Virus record (IMG/VR): IMGVR_UViG_2563366941_000003
Direction: 5' to 3' (one strand)
Origin: a virus
Taxonomy: Duplodnaviria > Heunggongvirae > Uroviricota > Caudoviricetes
Length of the DNA: 11,809 nt
The translations under genes and the position numbers were made by a program. The notes beneath the pieces were generated by a model that was not told the DNA's origin, did not search any database, and worked only from the letters and a program-made list of their open reading frames with translations. This document shows positions 1-6,755 of this stretch, piece after piece (within the stretch, counting starts at the first letter, position 1; each line of letters starts with the position of its first letter).

Positions 1-128
1 AACTGCAGTTGCCATGTTTTACGGCAGTGAGAGCAGAGATAGCGCTGATGTCCGGCGGTGCTTTTGCCGTTACGCACCACCCCGTCAGTAGCTGAACAGG
101 AGGGACAGCTGATAGAAACAGAAGCCAC
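1..128 (-). CDS. insA: IS1 InsA (transposition regulator / transposase N-terminal part), 5' portion only; 3' end lies outside the window
   Basis: GTG start at 126-128 (minus). Translation [42 protein letters not shown]... matches the InsA zinc-finger N-terminus as I recall it. Confidence 0.8.
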   Translation of the reverse strand, partial: MASVSISCPSCSATDGVVRNGKSTAGHQRYLCSHCRKTWQLQ

Positions 129-183
129 TGGAGCACCTCAAAAACACCATCATACACTAAATCAGTAAGTTGGCAGCATCACC
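1..183 (-). mobile_element. IS1 insertion sequence, terminal 183 bp including the ~23-bp terminal inverted repeat (element continues beyond window start)
   Basis: Reverse complement of 1-183 reads GGTGATGCTGCCAACTTACTGATTTAGTGTATGATGG...GTGGCTTCTGTTTCTATCAGCTGTCCC, which I recognise as the IS1 end and insA start. Identity asserted from memory, not from a search. Confidence 0.85.
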
Positions 184-228
184 GAGGCCATCTTCACTAA
201 AAATTTCACGTAATTCTTCGATTTTCAT
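184..228 (-). pseudogene. 5' fragment (15 codons, MKIEELREIFSEDGL) of a gene interrupted by the IS1 insertion
   Basis: ATG at 226-228 (minus) preceded by a GGAAGGA Shine-Dalgarno ~9 nt upstream. The frame runs straight into the IS1 inverted repeat and stops 8 codons inside IS1. Identity of the disrupted gene unknown. Confidence 0.35.
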
Positions 229-354
229 CAACAGAATCCTTCCAGATAAATAGCACTCCCCCTGTTCGGGGTCCATCCCTCTTCTCCCTGCGCGCTACTT
301 AAGTATTTTTGATTCTATTCTGGCACCGTCCAAAACTTCAAACACGTTGAAAAT

Positions 355-382
355 AAAAACAAAAAACCCGCCGAAGCGGGTA
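355..382 (-). terminator. Rho-independent terminator of the two-gene cassette
   Basis: Minus-strand RNA ACCCGC-UUCG-GCGGGU hairpin (GC stem, UUCG tetraloop) followed by a U6 run, 4 nt after the stop of the 386-1489 gene. Confidence 0.65.
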
Positions 383-385
383 TAC

Positions 386-1489
386 TCAAACAATCTGGAA
401 AATATTTCTTGGATTTGTAATAGGTCTGTTGATGGAGAACAACTCACGAATTAAATCTTGGCTCAAGCCAGTTTTCATAAGAATTCTTAGCCAGGTTGCA
501 TCATCCAGCATTTCAATCGCCTCGGCCAGCATGCCGGGTTCTTCAGGGCGCAAAAGTTCATCACCAGGTTCAACTCTCGTATACCCTCTGGAATTAAGAT
601 GCATATAGCCAGTTCTTGCCTGTTCCTGGGTCAATAAGCCTAATGCGCTGGCTCGATAAATACACATTTTAAGGCTGATTTTCCATCTAAGTTTAAATTC
701 AACCAGAGCATTCCAGTCGAATTGCTTACCTCGTATTCGTGGAAATTCTTTAATGAAAGATAACCTGGGAACTAATAAGGCGCTCGAAAAGTGATCGGCT
801 TGTGATTCCGTAAGTTTATCACCTGTCGTTATGCCCTCATGCATTACTAAATGCCCTAATTCATGACCTAAATCAGAGCGAAATCTACATATGCTTTTTT
901 TAACATTGTTCCTGATGATAACAGGCCTGTTATTGTGAACAGTAAAAGCATCAACACGATCATCGACTCCCGTAACATGCGCAACGATTACCCCTAAACT
1001 CTCCGCCAATTTAACCATTGATGATATAGGGCCAAGACCTAAATTCCAGGCACGGCGACAATCTTCTGCCACTCGCTCAATATCATTCGGAGTAAGTAAT
1101 TCAGCCCCTGGGTGCTCCGGTATGTTAACGTCAGGAAATTCGATTTCACCTTCAACAGCAGAAATTATAATATTAAGAATCTCAGCCCTGGCCAATACAC
1201 TATTAGTCAGCGTTTGAGTCCTGGACTTCTTACTCCGAAAATGGCAGACATCACTTTCCAGAGCGTATTTTCGTTCAGTAAAAAGAAAACTGGACTTAAT
1301 CATAAGCGCTGAAGATATTAACTCAAGACATTGCTCCGATGGCCTGCACCCCTTCTCCAGTTTGCTAACGAATTGCTTTGTCTTGCCAATTTTTTCGGCT
1401 AACTCTTCACAAGAAAGCCCAACAGCCATTCTCGCTAGTTTGAGCTTATCACCCCGATACTCAGTGAAGTTATTCACCTGATGTTCCAT
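386..1489 (-). CDS. Fusion protein: N-terminal XRE-family HTH + ImmA/IrrE-type (M78, COG2856-like) zinc metallopeptidase + ~130-aa C-terminal domain of unknown function
   Basis: ORF track 386..1492; ATG at 1487-1489 (GTG at 1490-1492 is an alternative). HTH-like segment LSCEELAEKIGKTKQFVSKLEKG near the N-terminus. HExxH zinc motif HELGHLVMH mid-protein. Overlaps the upstream gene by ~20 nt, suggesting translational coupling. Confidence 0.75.
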   Translation of the reverse strand: MEHQVNNFTEYRGDKLKLARMAVGLSCEELAEKIGKTKQFVSKLEKGCRPSEQCLELISSALMIKSSFLFTERKYALESDVCHFRSKKSRTQTLTNSVLARAEILNIIISAVEGEIEFPDVNIPEHPGAELLTPNDIERVAEDCRRAWNLGLGPISSMVKLAESLGVIVAHVTGVDDRVDAFTVHNNRPVIIRNNVKKSICRFRSDLGHELGHLVMHEGITTGDKLTESQADHFSSALLVPRLSFIKEFPRIRGKQFDWNALVEFKLRWKISLKMCIYRASALGLLTQEQARTGYMHLNSRGYTRVEPGDELLRPEEPGMLAEAIEMLDDATWLRILMKTGLSQDLIRELFSINRPITNPRNIFQIV

Positions 1490-2120
1490 CACTGCTCACA
1501 TCCAAATCTTTATCCTTCGTACGCCGACGAAGAGGCACCTTATTAATCTCCGCTTCGTCAGGGAGTGTGTTATAATCAAGAGGCATAAGCGGCATCGATG
1601 CTGTAGATTGATGAGAAACTATACTAATCTGAGCACCATAAGTATTAAATCCAACAAGAGCTACCTCCCAACGAGGCAGTGTGGACTCTAATTCACCATC
1701 GCCCTCTTCGGATAAAAAAGGCTCAGCTATGACTCGCCATGTAATATCTTGCTCAGCCTCAACATCACCAAACAATGAGAGCTGCTCATACTCTACTTTA
1801 TTTCGACGCAGACGATGTTTCTTTTTGGGGTTATTAATGCAATCTTTGGTAAATTGTAGCGGAACTTTATTTAAAGCAACTACATAGTCCAACCCCTTGG
1901 AAATCATCTCAAGGCCAGGAATTGCATCTTCATTTTGAATAAGATGATTTCTGACCCAATCATAAGCCCTTACACCTTCAGACCAGTTGCTGTCTAATGC
2001 GTGCTTATGATAGTACAGCTGCTCAAGTACGTTAGCGATCTCCGCCAACAAGTGGCGAACATAGTTTTCAGCAAGATAAGGTTGAAATTCCCAACAAGGA
2101 GCTAACTGATTTTCATTCAT
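1470..2120 (-). CDS. Hypothetical 216-aa protein, first gene of the cassette; candidate toxin/effector partner of the HTH-peptidase
   Basis: ATG at 2118-2120, stop at 1470-1472. No motif I can recognise. Basic patch NPKKKHRLRRNK and an acidic C-terminal half. Read as coding from ORF length, overlap with the downstream gene and promoter/terminator context only. Confidence 0.65.
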   Translation of the reverse strand: MNENQLAPCWEFQPYLAENYVRHLLAEIANVLEQLYYHKHALDSNWSEGVRAYDWVRNHLIQNEDAIPGLEMISKGLDYVVALNKVPLQFTKDCINNPKKKHRLRRNKVEYEQLSLFGDVEAEQDITWRVIAEPFLSEEGDGELESTLPRWEVALVGFNTYGAQISIVSHQSTASMPLMPLDYNTLPDEAEINKVPLRRRTKDKDLDVSSDGTSGE

Positions 2121-2149
2121 TTCAAGTTTCGCTTTTTTTAGAATTCGTA

Positions 2150-2190
2150 AACCACATATTTTCGCATTTTTCTATTTTTGTCAACCAGAC
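2150..2190 (-). promoter_or_regulatory. Candidate sigma70 promoter for the two-gene cassette
   Basis: Minus-strand TTGACA (plus coordinates 2179-2184), 17-bp spacer, then AAATAT (2156-2161), ~35 nt upstream of the ATG at 2120. The -35 is perfect, the -10 is weak. Confidence 0.4.
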
Positions 2191-2195
2191 TAATG

Positions 2196-2217
2196 CAAAA
2201 ACCCGCCGAAGCGGGTT
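2196..2217 (-). terminator. Rho-independent terminator downstream of hok
   Basis: Same ACCCGC-UUCG-GCGGGU hairpin as at 355-382, followed by U5 on the minus strand. A further GC stem (about 2258-2281) lies in the hok 3' UTR. Confidence 0.6.
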
Positions 2218-2285
2218 AAGTGCGGGTGCGTTGAGGATGCCTGGCACATCAGAGGTGGCGGGAGATTACTCCCCCGCCGGGTCTC

Positions 2286-2441
2286 TTACTCCTCAGGTTC
2301 GTAAGCTGTGAAGACAGCGACCTCCGTCTGGCCGGTTCGGATTCGTACCTCGCAGAGGTCTTTCCTCGTTACCAGTGCCGTCACAATGACGGTTAAACAG
2401 ATGACGATCAGGGCGATTAACATCGCCTTTTGCTGCTTCAT
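2286..2441 (-). CDS. hokD: Hok/Gef-family type I toxin (51 aa membrane peptide)
   Basis: MKQQKAMLIALIVICLTVIVTALVTRKDLCEVRIRTGQTEVAVFTAYEPEE, with the Hok hallmark hydrophobic N-terminus and the LCEV...R..G..EVA.F.AY core. GGGGAA Shine-Dalgarno 8 nt upstream. Closest to HokD/RelF as I recall it; family assignment is firm, paralog less so. An in-frame upstream ATG at 2496-2498 gives the 70-aa track ORF (mok-like leader frame). Confidence 0.85.
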   Translation of the reverse strand: MKQQKAMLIALIVICLTVIVTALVTRKDLCEVRIRTGQTEVAVFTAYEPEE

Positions 2442-2678
2442 AGCCTGCTTCCCCTTGCCTTTCGGCACGTAAGAGGCTAACCTACATTTGTGAGACATAG
2501 ATTGGGCCTCAGATTAATGTTAAGCGTCTTGCAGGACGCGAAATGTTAACTGGGGCTTTTCTCTATCTGCCTTTCAGTGTTCATGCCTGAGACAGATAGC
2601 CTCAAGCACCCGCAGCCATTCTACTTAACTCACGTCACCTCGCCAATATGAAATCAATCAGAAAGGTGATCCATAAAA

Positions 2679-3365
2679 TCACTCCTTCTCTTCTTTTCCG
2701 TAGTGGAGTTGGCCAATTTTGATAAGAGGGCGTCCCTGAGATTTGCGGTGTAGATTGGTATCGCGCAGAGAATACACACAGCCACAATATTCCTGCTGAT
2801 AGAATTTTTCGCGCTTGCTGATTTCAATCATACGGGACGAGCCGCCCTGCTTGCGCCAGTTATAATCCCAGTACACCATACCCGGATAATGCGCAACAGC
2901 TCGCCGCCCACACTCGTTAACCTGCTGCATATTTTTCCAGCGTGAAATGCCCAGTGAACTGCTGATCACACTGAAACCATTTTCAGCAGCGTACAACGCT
3001 GTCCGCTCAAAACGCATGTCAAAACACATGGTACAACGGATCCCCCTCTCAGGCTCCCATTCCATTCCTTTGGCACGTTCAAACCAGTTGTCGGTGTCGT
3101 AATCAGCATCGATAAACGGCACGCCGTGTTGTTCAGCAAAGCGAATATTTTCATCCTTACGAATTAAATACTCTTTCTGAGGATGAATGTTCGGGTTGTA
3201 GAAAAAGATGGTGTAGTCGATTCCCGAGGCCTGAAGCGCCTCCATCACTTCACCGGAACATGGAGCACAGCAAGAGTGCAGTAGTAGTTTGTTTGCCCCG
3301 TTTGGGAGCTCCAATTTAGGCCGTTTGAAATCAGCAATAGTCATAAATATTTTTATTGGGGTCAT
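2679..3365 (-). CDS. queH: QueH-like (DUF208) epoxyqueuosine reductase homolog
   Basis: N-terminal [11 protein letters not shown] signature plus CTMCFDMRF and EYCGC cysteine motifs typical of DUF208/QueH Fe-S proteins. Start ambiguous between ATG 3363-3365 and ATG 3342-3344; neither has a clear Shine-Dalgarno. Confidence 0.65.
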   Translation of the reverse strand: MTPIKIFMTIADFKRPKLELPNGANKLLLHSCCAPCSGEVMEALQASGIDYTIFFYNPNIHPQKEYLIRKDENIRFAEQHGVPFIDADYDTDNWFERAKGMEWEPERGIRCTMCFDMRFERTALYAAENGFSVISSSLGISRWKNMQQVNECGRRAVAHYPGMVYWDYNWRKQGGSSRMIEISKREKFYQQEYCGCVYSLRDTNLHRKSQGRPLIKIGQLHYGKEEKE

Positions 3366-3518
3366 GAAAATAGCACAGAGTGTAGCATCAGAGCAGGGCT
3401 ATCGGGAATATATGTCTAAATCTGGTAATATCTGGTTTTGACGCAAAGCGGACAACCACGCTGGCTCTACCCTGCGCCATGAAAATGTCAATTCACATCT
3501 GAACTAATGCTCTTTAAT

Positions 3519-3944
3519 CTAGTAACGTCTAAAATACCTAACATTTCCTTGATAAAATGCCAGTACACGCTGCATAGCTTCGCTCTTCCGGCACTCGCGA
3601 CAGATTATATTCAGGCGCCTGTCGTAGCGGCGTATTTCGCCGTCTGGTAACGACCAGATAAGGTCCGGATCAACCACTGCAGGTTTCTTCACCTTTGCCC
3701 TTGAGAGTTTTTTGCGAGCATTTTGCCAGTCCTTACGCGCCTGTTCAGACGGGAATAACCCGTAACCAGAGTTGTATACATCGCCACTGGCAACCAGCTC
3801 TCTGGCGAGAACACTCATCAGATATCTTGTCGCACCTGTCTTGGCTTCCAGTTGCCGCAACGTCTCGCGACCGCTCAGACGTACAAGTTCAACAACCTGC
3901 CCTTTAATTTTTTCCCGCTCTTCTTGTGTAAATACTTTTGCCAT
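3519..3944 (-). CDS. Hypothetical phage protein (141 aa), possible DNA-binding fold
   Basis: ATG at 3942-3944 with GGAGG Shine-Dalgarno 6 nt upstream; the track start at 3959 is a TTG. Immediately follows the stop of the upstream gene (3960-3962). No recognised motif. Confidence 0.55.
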   Translation of the reverse strand: MAKVFTQEEREKIKGQVVELVRLSGRETLRQLEAKTGATRYLMSVLARELVASGDVYNSGYGLFPSEQARKDWQNARKKLSRAKVKKPAVVDPDLIWSLPDGEIRRYDRRLNIICRECRKSEAMQRVLAFYQGNVRYFRRY

Positions 3945-3959
3945 AAGCGCCTCCGGCAA

Positions 3960-4730
3960 TCACTTTTCCGATACAACACGGCGGGAAGAATCAGTAATCT
4001 GTCGAACAATATCCCGGTGCTTGTTCAGCTCCCGCAGCGCGGCGCAGACTCGCTCCCACTTCTGAACATCACTTTTCGCCCTGCGCAGCGCCAGGTTTGC
4101 CCTGCGAAGGGACGGAAAAATCAGCTCATCTGCTTGCGTTTCGGTAAACGATGGCAACGGCTGCACAATGTCCGCCACAGTTTCTGTTTTAATTTCTTCC
4201 TGTGTTGCGGCTTCCCGGACTGGTAACGCAGCACCTGCTGGCTGAGGAAAGGCCTTACCATCACTTTCCGTTACCAGCGCGGCTTTCGGCTCTGCTGGTA
4301 AATTATCGCCCGGCATGCAGTAACGAAATTTACCGTTCTGATTAACGCGTGCCAGCCGCCCCGTTGCGGTTACCACCGCCAGCGTGGAAGCAACCTTGCG
4401 AGTACTGACACCGAACTTACCCGCCAGTTCCTCACACGTTTTAGCCCCATCCTGACCGATAAACTCAATCATCATGTCTGCGGTAACTTTTTGTTCGACC
4501 TCCCCGGTCAGCATATCCTGTGCTTCAGATTTTACTGGCCGCTCTTCGGTTACCCGGGATTCACCTTCGCCAGCCAGAAACCAGGTGTGACCAGTTTTAT
4601 CAACGACGCCTTTTCTTTTGAGTTCCCACAGCTCGTTGAGAACCTCTTCACGACTGATATCAAGTCGCGCGGCCAGTTCTACCGATGTGGCTTTTCCCAT
4701 TGCTTTCAGTGCGTCAAATACGGTTTCCAT
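3960..4730 (-). CDS. Hypothetical prophage protein with two winged-helix-like repeats
   Basis: ATG at 4728-4730 with GGAGG Shine-Dalgarno 8 nt upstream; the track start at 4748 is a TTG. Two internally similar HTH-like segments (around [28 protein letters not shown] and [22 protein letters not shown]). Confidence 0.6.
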   Translation of the reverse strand: METVFDALKAMGKATSVELAARLDISREEVLNELWELKRKGVVDKTGHTWFLAGEGESRVTEERPVKSEAQDMLTGEVEQKVTADMMIEFIGQDGAKTCEELAGKFGVSTRKVASTLAVVTATGRLARVNQNGKFRYCMPGDNLPAEPKAALVTESDGKAFPQPAGAALPVREAATQEEIKTETVADIVQPLPSFTETQADELIFPSLRRANLALRRAKSDVQKWERVCAALRELNKHRDIVRQITDSSRRVVSEK

Positions 4731-4763
4731 TAAAATTTCCTCCGACAAAATCGTTTCTCAGAT

Positions 4764-5429
4764 TCAAATAAAACCAGCTGCCTTCCGGCGTTCGTATTCC
4801 TGTTTCAGCCGTTCAATTGGCGTTGGCCCTTGCGGGTGTTTCGCCCCTTCCAGTTGTCGTCGCACTGGCGGAACACTCATCCCGTTACCAACATGCTTTG
4901 CCCATTTCGTCAGTTGCCGTTCCGCAAGTCGTTTTAACTCACCCTGCGTCATCTGGCGCTCAATCCCTCTGGTACGCATTTCGAGGCAGATGTGGTACAG
5001 CACAGGCTGAGGCCACGGATATTTGTCGCTTCCGTCATATCGCCAGGACTCATCACGCCAGCGGCGGTACTCCTCCATCACAGCATCCACCGTCAGGCCA
5101 AATGGATTGGCCCCGCTTTCTGAAATCAGCGCCACAAACTCAGCCAGGTCCGGAGGCCATGTTTCACCCGCCCGGCAGCGGTCCATGCACTGGCGGCAGA
5201 CCTGTCGGATTTGCTGCTCAGTCATCGCGCCAATCTGTGCAATCCAGAGCTTCGAAGGTGCGGCCCCGTTCTTCTGGGTCCAGCGGTTCGAATAAACCTC
5301 CCCCATGAGTTCCCACAGCTTCCAGACCGTTTCCGTCGCTGATAAATCCGTTTTCACGTTCCCACTGCTCACGTGCTGCCCGAATTTCCTGAACTGCCCG
5401 TGATGCGGTGCCACCTGGTGCTGCTGCAT
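4764..5429 (-). CDS. Lambda P-like replication protein (DnaB helicase loader)
   Basis: Recalled lambda P aligns over MTEQQIRQV..., WPPDLAEFVALISE and YPWPQPVLYHI. Strong AAGGGGG Shine-Dalgarno 6 nt upstream of the ATG at 5427-5429. Confidence 0.75.
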   Translation of the reverse strand: MQQHQVAPHHGQFRKFGQHVSSGNVKTDLSATETVWKLWELMGEVYSNRWTQKNGAAPSKLWIAQIGAMTEQQIRQVCRQCMDRCRAGETWPPDLAEFVALISESGANPFGLTVDAVMEEYRRWRDESWRYDGSDKYPWPQPVLYHICLEMRTRGIERQMTQGELKRLAERQLTKWAKHVGNGMSVPPVRRQLEGAKHPQGPTPIERLKQEYERRKAAGFI

Positions 5430-6258
5430 GGTTTACCCCCTTGCTGACTGGCTTAACCTGCGCCCTGACGTGATTTACGTGACGGGCGAATTTCTGCTCC
5501 CACTGAACCTGCGTGAAAACTTTCCCCTCCGCTGCCCAGTAGTCCCGGAAAGCGGCAAGTTCAGCAGGTGTAAATTCCGGCTCCGGCAAAGCCATCCCCC
5601 ACAACGCAGCCCGTCGTCGAAAATCCGGCGACGGATGCCAGTCATCGACCATCGGAAATTTCCCGATGGGTTCGCTCAGTCCATCCAGGGATGCAGGTTC
5701 TGCTGCCTGCAACGGCGTACCACTCGACTCACTGGTCGGAGCACTCTCGCGCACGTGCGCGTTATGTGTGGGGTTTAATTCTTTATCTGTATCTTTATCT
5801 GTCGTGACTCGTCGTGACATGTCGTGACATATGCGTGACTCGTCGTGACACCCCTCATTCTGTTTTCGTAATTTTTCCCTCTCGCGCTGCGCTCTCTTGC
5901 GCTCTGCCGGGGATTTCGCGGTTTGTGAAACGTTGCCATTGTCCTCTTTCAGTACCTGGCGTTTTTCCCATCCGGTGATTAAATCTCCATCAAGTACCCG
6001 CCCCTGCATTGCCTGTAAAATTGAATCAATTACTTCTTCCGTCACATCAAGCGCACTTGCTAAATCTTCCGTCGTGACATCAATGTGACCACGTAGTGAC
6101 ACGCCGTGACATGTCGTGACATTTCGTGACGCGCTCACCAGAAGGTGGATATACACTGCCATCACTGTTGCAATTGGCTGCCCTGACACCCTGGCAATTG
6201 TTCGCCACTTAGGGTCATTTGGCATGTCATGCCATAATCTGAGCCAGGCGTTAGCCAT
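5218..6258 (-). CDS. Replication initiator (O-like): N-terminal replisome-organiser domain + DnaT-like C-terminal domain; 3' end uncertain
   Basis: ATG at 6256-6258 with GAGGTG Shine-Dalgarno; GTG at 6262-6264 is the track start. C-terminal segment GKFPMVDDWHPSPDFRRRAALWGMALPEPEFTPAELAAFRDYWAAEGKVFTQVQWEQKFARHV closely matches the E. coli DnaT C-terminal region as I recall it. The open frame runs 212 nt past the P start. Confidence 0.7.
   Translation of the reverse strand: MANAWLRLWHDMPNDPKWRTIARVSGQPIATVMAVYIHLLVSASRNVTTCHGVSLRGHIDVTTEDLASALDVTEEVIDSILQAMQGRVLDGDLITGWEKRQVLKEDNGNVSQTAKSPAERKRAQREREKLRKQNEGCHDESRICHDMSRRVTTDKDTDKELNPTHNAHVRESAPTSESSGTPLQAAEPASLDGLSEPIGKFPMVDDWHPSPDFRRRAALWGMALPEPEFTPAELAAFRDYWAAEGKVFTQVQWEQKFARHVNHVRAQVKPVSKGVNHAAAPGGTASRAVQEIRAAREQWERENGFISDGNGLEAVGTHGGGLFEPLDPEERGRTFEALDCTDWRDD
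5801..5850. repeat. Iteron cluster 1: five GTGAC-core repeats at 10-11 bp spacing, flanked by an AT-richer tract (5776-5800); candidate replication origin inside the initiator gene
   Basis: GTGAC at 5804, 5814, 5824, 5835, 5845. Lies in the linker region of the O-like gene, as lambda ori does; the AT-richer tract is on the P-proximal side. Confidence 0.6.
6071..6130. repeat. Iteron cluster 2: six GTGAC-core repeats at 10-11 bp spacing within the 5' part of the initiator gene
   Basis: GTGAC at 6074, 6085, 6096, 6106, 6116, 6126. Same core and phasing as cluster 1, about 220 bp away. Confidence 0.45.
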
Positions 6259-6329
6259 ACTCACCTCTTCTGATACCGAATCTTTTTACTCACAAATTGC
6301 CGGAAGTGATCCGGTATGAATATTGCGAG

Positions 6330-6755
6330 TCAATGCACAGCCACAATATTTCCTGCAGGGCCACCACGATTCATCTGGTTGAAACCAGCGATCGCCACTG
6401 CGACAAAATCATCAGCGTCTCTCACCAGTCGTTCCCGCGTCTCCACCAGCTCCCGAAAATAAGCTGAACTGTGGCTGCGCATTCGGGCCACCAGCAGAGG
6501 CGGCATTGCTTTTTCGATCGCTGGTAACAACGCCTGAATTTTTTTAACCGCATCAGGAGTGTCTTTCTCCACCCAGCGGAAAATTTTCTGGGTATTGCGA
6601 GCCAGGGCTTCCGGATGGCTGTCGTCATATAATTCCGGGAACGTCATACCAAGCTCAAAATAAGCCCGGGTTATTTCAGCTGCCGGAACTTTTTCACCGT
6701 CCGGATGCGCCCAGGCATTCATCGCCATGCGGATGTGCTCATGCCTGATTTTCAT
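6330..6755 (-). CDS. ydaT: YdaT-family protein (Rac prophage CII-like / toxic protein)
   Basis: MKIRHEHI... N-terminus and ...IVAVH C-terminus at ~140 aa match the YdaT family as recalled. Overlaps ydaS by 17 nt. GGAG Shine-Dalgarno. Confidence 0.7.
   Translation of the reverse strand: MKIRHEHIRMAMNAWAHPDGEKVPAAEITRAYFELGMTFPELYDDSHPEALARNTQKIFRWVEKDTPDAVKKIQALLPAIEKAMPPLLVARMRSHSSAYFRELVETRERLVRDADDFVAVAIAGFNQMNRGGPAGNIVAVH

Noticed and set aside
1-183. Possible cloning-vector contamination (pACYC184-like backbone)
   Set aside because: The matching vector segment is itself an IS1 fragment. The window keeps following authentic IS1 sequence beyond the point where I recall the vector diverging, and the junction at 183/184 leads into prophage-like DNA with a disrupted gene.
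1112-1887. Plus-strand ORFs 1112..1312 and 1681..1887 inside the cassette
   Set aside because: Antisense to the two cassette genes; short, with no Shine-Dalgarno.
2286-2498. 70-aa track ORF taken as the real Hok protein
   Set aside because: Hok-family toxins are about 50 aa. The internal ATG at 2439-2441 has its own Shine-Dalgarno and gives the canonical 51-aa peptide; the upstream in-frame start is more likely a mok-like leader frame.
2966-3154. Minus-strand ORF 2966..3154 nested in queH
   Set aside because: Alternative frame within the queH-like gene, which carries the conserved cysteine motifs in its own frame.
5290-5380. Apparent lambda-P-like motif (EIR..QW...ENG) in the initiator frame, suggesting a frameshifted P N-terminus
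   Set aside because: The match is short and could be chance. The P frame itself has a strong Shine-Dalgarno and start and aligns with lambda P further downstream. Kept only as part of the overlap finding.
5801-6130. GTGAC repeat arrays as a CRISPR array
   Set aside because: The repeat unit is only ~10 bp with no unique spacers, and the arrays lie inside a coding gene with helical phasing typical of initiator-binding iterons.
3695-6319. Plus-strand ORFs 3695..3907, 3772..4065, 3852..4226, 4491..4733, 4618..5010, 4817..5308, 5023..5295, 5428..5778, 5897..6088, 6116..6319
   Set aside because: All lie antisense to well-supported minus-strand genes, lack ribosome-binding sites, and have low-complexity Ser/Arg/Pro-rich translations typical of GC-rich antisense frames.
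6422-6628. Minus-strand ORF 6422..6628 nested in ydaT
   Set aside because: Alternative frame within ydaT; the Trp/Arg-rich translation is an artefact.
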